Source: a virus (Duplodnaviria; Heunggongvirae; Uroviricota; Caudoviricetes). From it: a DNA stretch of 64,000 nucleotides. This document shows, in pieces, positions 59,175 to 64,000 of this stretch. The first letter of the stretch is position 1. Each line of letters opens with the position of its first letter. The notes under the pieces were generated by a model. The model searched no databases and had not been told where the DNA came from. It saw nothing but the letters and a program-made list of their open reading frames with translations. The position numbers and the translations under genes were made by a program. The DNA lies in IMG/VR virus record IMGVR_UViG_2773857866_000003. One strand, written 5' to 3'.

Positions 59175-59528
59175 TTAATTACTTTTCAATATATTTACAA
59201 ACTTTTTCATCCATTCTTCTGAAACATTACCTGACATAATTGACTCTATAATATCCATGATATAATCAGTTTCGGTTACATCAAACAGGTTCGCTCTTTT
59301 CAAGTCTTCCAAATGTTTTTCTATAACCTCTGAATAATTAACTGTTACACCTGTAGGATGAATAGTAGTTATTGTTAATAATTTAGATAATTCACTTATT
59401 GATTTATCCCACCACTTATCTCTTTCTTCAATGCCGCCATAAAAATACATTTCTACATAATACCCTTTATCCCATACAGTAATTTCATCATTATACTCTA
59501 CTAATGATAAATATTCATATAATGTCAT
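59175..59528 (-). CDS. hypothetical protein
   Basis: 117 aa ORF. Confidence 0.4.
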   Translation of the reverse strand: MTLYEYLSLVEYNDEITVWDKGYYVEMYFYGGIEERDKWWDKSISELSKLLTITTIHPTGVTVNYSEVIEKHLEDLKRANLFDVTETDYIMDIIESIMSGNVSEEWMKKFVNILKSN

Positions 59529-59540
59529 AGCTCTTCCCCC

Positions 59541-59861
59541 TTATTTCCAATTACGTCCACCAGTTGTTTTTGTTTTCCAATCTTTTCCATAGATATTCAT
59601 TTTCTTGTACCTAAAGAAATCTTTTACACCCTCTACATCAAGTCTGTATTTTTCTTCTGGAAAAGGATACATTGGGGAATACTTTAATTCCATATTCCCC
59701 ATTTCTTCCAGTGACTTAATGTATGGTTCTTTCGATTCATCGGAAGTAACACCTAGTTTATGTTCCCAGTATTTAATTTCGGTTTCCCAGAATTTATTTA
59801 ATTCACATATTGTCTCTTCTCTACTAAAACTCATATATTTATCCTTTCTTGCAATCTCCAA
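59541..59861 (-). CDS. hypothetical protein
   Basis: 106 aa ORF. Confidence 0.4.
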   Translation of the reverse strand: MEIARKDKYMSFSREETICELNKFWETEIKYWEHKLGVTSDESKEPYIKSLEEMGNMELKYSPMYPFPEEKYRLDVEGVKDFFRYKKMNIYGKDWKTKTTGGRNWK

Positions 59862-59876
59862 CTATGCAAATACTTA

Positions 59877-60407
59877 TTACCAACTACTGCTATACATAAC
59901 AACTTCGTGTTCAAAATCAGTATCTCTTAAACAGTCTTCAAGAACAGCAATAGTATGTTTAATATCTTCTAAATACCATTGGTCATACTCTGTACTTCCA
60001 AAGAAAAATCCAGAAGCTGTAGGTAATAATTTCCTTGCTATAACATTATTTTCAATAACTTGACCATCTTCATAATTATCTACCCATTCTCCATCAACAT
60101 AGGTTTGACCATTCTTAACTTGTGCATCAATCAATTTTGAATTCTCCAAAACAATCTTACATAATGTAAGTAATTCTTCCAGTTGTTCTTTAGACACTTC
60201 ATAAATTTCACAATCGTCATTTCCATCTTGTACATTTTCAACGAACCATCTGTGAATTTGATTTGCCTTCCTCCAGTCTGCAAGATAAGATATAATACTC
60301 TTTCTACCATATTTTTTCTCATCATCCCATGAATAATACCTTGTATTAAATTCACTTTCATATAAAGGCAGCAAGTCTTTATTTATTTTTTTCTTCTTTA
60401 ACACCAC
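59877..60407 (-). CDS. hypothetical protein
   Basis: 176 aa ORF. Confidence 0.4.
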   Translation of the reverse strand: MVLKKKKINKDLLPLYESEFNTRYYSWDDEKKYGRKSIISYLADWRKANQIHRWFVENVQDGNDDCEIYEVSKEQLEELLTLCKIVLENSKLIDAQVKNGQTYVDGEWVDNYEDGQVIENNVIARKLLPTASGFFFGSTEYDQWYLEDIKHTIAVLEDCLRDTDFEHEVVMYSSSW

Positions 60408-60551
60408 ACCATTCTAATAACGAATATTCGTTATCTTGTTCTTTCCATTGTAAATAACAATTTATACTAATAATTTCTTTAATATTTGCATCATTAAATC
60501 TTTTCGCTTTATTTAAATACATATCTAATCCCATAATATATTCCTCTCTTT

Positions 60552-60740
60552 CTACAATCCCATTAAATCTTCTGCAACACTTAAATCAAACTCTTCTTCA
60601 AACCAATGCCAGATTTCTTCTCTATGTGTTCCCGCCGGAAACCCGTTCCATTCTTCTTCAATACATTCTGTTTCTGGATTCATCGGCACATTTCCAAAAT
60701 CTTTCCATAATTCCTTTGCTTTTGTAATACTTCTTTCCAT
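60552..60740 (-). CDS. hypothetical small protein
   Basis: 62 aa ORF. Confidence 0.3.
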   Translation of the reverse strand: MERSITKAKELWKDFGNVPMNPETECIEEEWNGFPAGTHREEIWHWFEEEFDLSVAEDLMGL

Positions 60741-60751
60741 TTTGTATTCTC

Positions 60752-60961
60752 CTAATAATTGATTCCGATTTCTCTTGTGAAATGATCAAAATCCCATGAG
60801 GTTATATACTCCTCTAAGATTTCTAAAAGCCAATCTTCTTCACAATTTAGTGCATCTTCAATAGTTCCTCTGAATGTACTCTCTTCTGCATCACAATCAA
60901 AGATGCTTATATTAACATTATCTTGCGTTGTACACATTTCTAAAAAATCTCTAATTGACAT
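60752..60961 (-). CDS. hypothetical small acidic protein
   Basis: 69 aa ORF. Confidence 0.3.
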   Translation of the reverse strand: MSIRDFLEMCTTQDNVNISIFDCDAEESTFRGTIEDALNCEEDWLLEILEEYITSWDFDHFTREIGINY

Positions 60962-60969
60962 TTGATTGT

Positions 60970-61275
60970 TTATACCTCCACTTTAAAAATTGTCCATGTC
61001 CATCTATATTCTCCTGCACAGGACTCAACCATTCCAGTCATCTCCTCAATTACCTTGTGACAACTATCTGATTCAATCATGAATTTTTCTGTTCTGTATG
61101 TTTTATTTATATCATGTGTCATGTATTCAACAGCTTCTTTAAGAGAGTCAAACAACTTATGTTCTACAATTTCGTTGTCATGCTCTGAATAACAAATCAT
61201 CATATATTTCATTTTTAACTCTCCTTTCAATGTTGAGTGAACACAACTTGTTCTCCCTTTTTCAATACCCAGCAA
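60970..61275 (-). CDS. hypothetical protein
   Basis: 101 aa ORF. Confidence 0.35.
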   Translation of the reverse strand: MLGIEKGRTSCVHSTLKGELKMKYMMICYSEHDNEIVEHKLFDSLKEAVEYMTHDINKTYRTEKFMIESDSCHKVIEEMTGMVESCAGEYRWTWTIFKVEV

Positions 61276-61829
61276 CCACTATCCGTAATTGCACATTCAG
61301 TACAATCTCCGTCACACTCAATAGCTTCTTCCATTGCTGTTGTAGTACCATCTCTATATCTCACATGAGCTTCTGGAAGATTGTATGGATTTTTCATTTT
61401 TAAATTCTTCCAACCACTATAAATAAGATGTAAATTATTAGGTAGTTCGCCTTTTCTTTCAGATATTTCTTTATTGCACATATCAAACTTCTTAGTGAAA
61501 CATAAGATTTCGCAATGCTGATGTCTGTTTGCAACGTCTATCATTCTGTGGATATAATCTTGATCTGGAATATCACCAGATACATGAAATCTAAAAAATC
61601 GAGACAACATAATCGTTGCCTCGATTTCTCTCCAGTAAGTTTCTCTATCTGATTTATATAAATTCCAATTATGTAAATAAGACTGTCTCACAGAAGGTCG
61701 TAGTTTTTCCAATTTATGAGCATAACAGATTTTATTACAATCACATTTAATACAAGTCAATAAAGATGGAAAAGATACGCTTGGTATTTTTCCCATCTTT
61801 GAATTCCCATTACTAATCTTTACATTCAT
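61227..61829 (-). CDS. Cys-rich hypothetical protein
   Basis: CIKCDCNKICYAH...CDGDCTEC motifs. Confidence 0.4.
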   Translation of the reverse strand: MNVKISNGNSKMGKIPSVSFPSLLTCIKCDCNKICYAHKLEKLRPSVRQSYLHNWNLYKSDRETYWREIEATIMLSRFFRFHVSGDIPDQDYIHRMIDVANRHQHCEILCFTKKFDMCNKEISERKGELPNNLHLIYSGWKNLKMKNPYNLPEAHVRYRDGTTTAMEEAIECDGDCTECAITDSGCWVLKKGEQVVFTQH

Positions 61830-63184
61830 TATGCAGCCTCCATATTTAACTTTGCTTCCGGATTTTCTTTAAACAAAAAGGCGTGTTTAAATTTGCTATA
61901 ATAACCACCTAATTCTTTCATCCAGTGATTGACATTGACATATTCTTCCTTAGACAGTTTCTCTTTCACTTTTACCAACCAGATTTTACTTCCATCTCTT
62001 GTATCCACATCTTCGGAAATATCATATGTATATCTTCTTTTATTATTTGACTCCTCATTATTTTTAGCGTTACTAATCTTTGTTTTCACTACCTTTTTCA
62101 CCTCGTAAGGGGTTTTAACTTCTCTTATTTCGCACCAAGAAATAAATCCTTCTTCAATCCATTTAAAGAATTTTTCATTAAAACAATTCCAAGAGTTAGA
62201 AGAATTTGCTCTACCTGTGCATTCTTTTGTGCATTTACCATTTAGCTTATATGCATGATAGTTTTTCTGTCCATTGTATTCTGTCTCATGTATCCTGAAT
62301 ACTTGTCCCTTGTTATGACCATAGTTAAATCTAGTTTTCAGAATAAAACATTGTCCTTCTTTTAAAACTCCTGTTTCTGTTTCAAAAGGTTTCATTTCCT
62401 TTTTGTACTCGGTTACAGTTTTTTCTTCATAAATATAACCATCTCCACTTCCAAGCAGTCCACCGCAAGTGGTATCAAATTTATTTATAAGAGCATCAAA
62501 CTGTTGGCAAAGCTTTGCCTTTTCTGAGATTTCTTTATAGTGATATTCAAAAGCATCGTTAAGTCTTTCAGGCTTATAAGAATCTCTATGTTCAAACATA
62601 AATTTTTCTTTATATTTTTCTTTACTCAGCTTTCTATAGTCTGATAAATCTTCCATATATTGACGATATTTATAATAACTATCAATTCCATGAAATTTTA
62701 ATAATCCATTTCCTTTTGCAATATATACGCCATCTTTTTCAATATGCCAGTTCATTCTAGGTGGATGTGCCATGTGTCCCGGCATCATACCAACAACTGT
62801 ATATTTTTCCGTTTCAGTTTCTTTTGCAGCCTTTTGGCGAAGATTTTCAATCATTTTCTTAGCAGATTCTTCTTCCTGTTCACTCGCTCCTCTTTCAACA
62901 GTCATTTGTTCTAGTTTTTCAATTTTAGCTTGGATAGACATATTAATTGCAGTACCATTATAATTATATTCTCTGATTTCCTTTGCTTCAGAAGCACCGA
63001 ATACATCTACACAAAGAACATACCCATTCTTTTCTGCAATTCCATCCCAATAAGCTGGATCAAAGTAATCTATCATAGCATCACTATTGTCTGGATGATA
63101 ACCATATACTTTCCATCCGTCCATTGTCATGAGTCTTTCTGCAATTAATACTTTTACATCTCTATATTCCCAATAATTGCTCAT
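61829..63184 (-). CDS. hypothetical protein (451 aa)
   Basis: A long ORF whose start is coupled to the downstream gene (ATGA overlap). Confidence 0.45.
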   Translation of the reverse strand: MSNYWEYRDVKVLIAERLMTMDGWKVYGYHPDNSDAMIDYFDPAYWDGIAEKNGYVLCVDVFGASEAKEIREYNYNGTAINMSIQAKIEKLEQMTVERGASEQEEESAKKMIENLRQKAAKETETEKYTVVGMMPGHMAHPPRMNWHIEKDGVYIAKGNGLLKFHGIDSYYKYRQYMEDLSDYRKLSKEKYKEKFMFEHRDSYKPERLNDAFEYHYKEISEKAKLCQQFDALINKFDTTCGGLLGSGDGYIYEEKTVTEYKKEMKPFETETGVLKEGQCFILKTRFNYGHNKGQVFRIHETEYNGQKNYHAYKLNGKCTKECTGRANSSNSWNCFNEKFFKWIEEGFISWCEIREVKTPYEVKKVVKTKISNAKNNEESNNKRRYTYDISEDVDTRDGSKIWLVKVKEKLSKEEYVNVNHWMKELGGYYSKFKHAFLFKENPEAKLNMEAA

Positions 63185-63188
63185 ATTC

Positions 63189-64000
63189 TTACCTCCACAT
63201 ATTCCTTACAACAGTTTCAAATACTGGTTGAGCCAGCTTTACGTCTTTAGCTAAACATCCAACAGATATATATTTTTCAATATAACCTGTTTTTGCCTTA
63301 TTGCTTTTTACATTTCTTCCTGTACCTCTAAGAATTGTTTTATCAGGAAGATTAGTTACACTTCCTAATCCGCCAATTTTCTTTTTCCCTGTTTCGCAAG
63401 CTCGAATACAATCCATAATAAAACCATTTAATTCATTGATATCTTTTTCTACATTTATAATACTTAAACATGATGTAGCCCAGTTAAATTCTCCTTCGTA
63501 AAGGAATTTTGTAATTGCATTTTTTGCTTGTTTGCTAGAACATTTTCGTCTTTTAATGCTTCTTTTTTCAACTTCCTTTTGAAATTTTTTCACTCTTGTT
63601 CCACTTAGAGTTATTTGATTTCCCTTAATCAAAAATCCTAAGAATTTAAACCATTTATCAGAATACAAAGGTTCTACTTTCTTAGGATTTAAAGTGACTC
63701 CATATTTACTTATAATGTTGTTCATGTCTGTAATAACATTTTCAACATGATTATCAATGACAACTGTATCATCACTATATCTATAATAAATTTCATATTT
63801 ATTTGCCATATATTCATCAAGTTCATATAAGCAAGCGTTAGCTAAAAAAGATGCTACAGCACATCCTTGCTTCAACCCTTGATACCTTGCTTCAAGTTTA
63901 CCTTGCAGGTTGAAATATAAATCTTGATGATAATATCTTCTAAGAAGATTAATAACAGGTTCTGTATCTTTTTTAAATCCTAATCTTTTTTCCAATACGT
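63189..64000 (-). CDS. reverse transcriptase domain protein (class undetermined; likely continues beyond the window edge)
   Basis: RT motif 4 GLKQGCAVASFLANACL, motif 5 YYRYSDDTVVI (YxDD), motif 7 FKFLGFLI. RT motifs 1-2 are not seen in the in-window part, so the gene is probably cut by the window end. Confidence 0.6.
   Translation of the reverse strand, partial: VLEKRLGFKKDTEPVINLLRRYYHQDLYFNLQGKLEARYQGLKQGCAVASFLANACLYELDEYMANKYEIYYRYSDDTVVIDNHVENVITDMNNIISKYGVTLNPKKVEPLYSDKWFKFLGFLIKGNQITLSGTRVKKFQKEVEKRSIKRRKCSSKQAKNAITKFLYEGEFNWATSCLSIINVEKDINELNGFIMDCIRACETGKKKIGGLGSVTNLPDKTILRGTGRNVKSNKAKTGYIEKYISVGCLAKDVKLAQPVFETVVRNMWR

Noticed and set aside
60131-60361. 76 aa ORF nested in 59877..60407
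   Set aside because: It is an alternative frame of a longer ORF.
926-64000. All plus-strand ORFs in the track (for example 926..1132, 5233..5472, 34074..34463, 45145..45576, 46614..47144, 59605..60063)
   Set aside because: Each one lies antisense inside a longer minus-strand gene that has clear homology or better coding character. Their composition is low-complexity (F/L/I/S-rich), as expected from antisense AT-rich DNA.
1-64000. CRISPR array
   Set aside because: No series of regularly spaced direct repeats with unique spacers was seen. The only repeat-rich tract (50678..50905) has short 7 nt units without spacer structure.

Overview
This window is an AT-rich (~30% GC) stretch in which essentially every credible gene lies on the minus strand. 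It reads as part of a large dsDNA phage or prophage genome, probably from a low-GC Gram-positive (Bacillota) host; the host guess rests on Crh-like HPr genes, an NAD-dependent ligase and the codon style.

Replication and nucleotide metabolism genes dominate the first half: a monomeric ribonucleotide reductase, a RecD-like helicase, a DnaB-like helicase, a DnaG-like primase, a Cas4-like nuclease, LigA, dUTPase, a ThyX-fold protein and a DnaE-type polymerase. The polymerase gene is split into three exons by two apparent group I introns, one of which carries an HNH-AP2 homing endonuclease. There are also four DNA methyltransferases plus one further SAM-dependent methyltransferase, two tandem HPr/Crh-like genes that lack the catalytic histidine, and an RNA repair pair (ATP-dependent RNA ligase plus a kinase-HD polynucleotide kinase/phosphatase).

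The module I consider most unusual sits at 29.6-39.7 kb. It holds a membrane-stress-like cassette (SPFH, PspA-like, TerD, TerY-like vWA, P-type ATPase). Next to it is a TROVE-plus-vWA protein that I judge, from recalled human Ro60 motifs and no database search, to be a Ro60/Rsr orthologue. Directly beside that protein is a 1.5 kb non-coding array with three canonical tRNAs (Gln-UUG and two CAU) and at least four tRNA-like elements. The tRNA-like elements keep acceptor, D and T arms but carry 40-130 nt insertions in or in place of the anticodon arm, and they share short sequence motifs. I interpret them as YrlA-type Y-RNA tRNA mimics, or possibly as unusually interrupted tRNAs.

The remainder holds a tyrosine integrase with an adjacent degenerate recombinase-like gene, a DUF262 protein, a BRO-N antirepressor, a replication-initiator-like gene next to an iteron-like repeat region, a HicAB toxin-antitoxin pair, many small Cys-rich proteins, and a reverse transcriptase truncated at the window edge.
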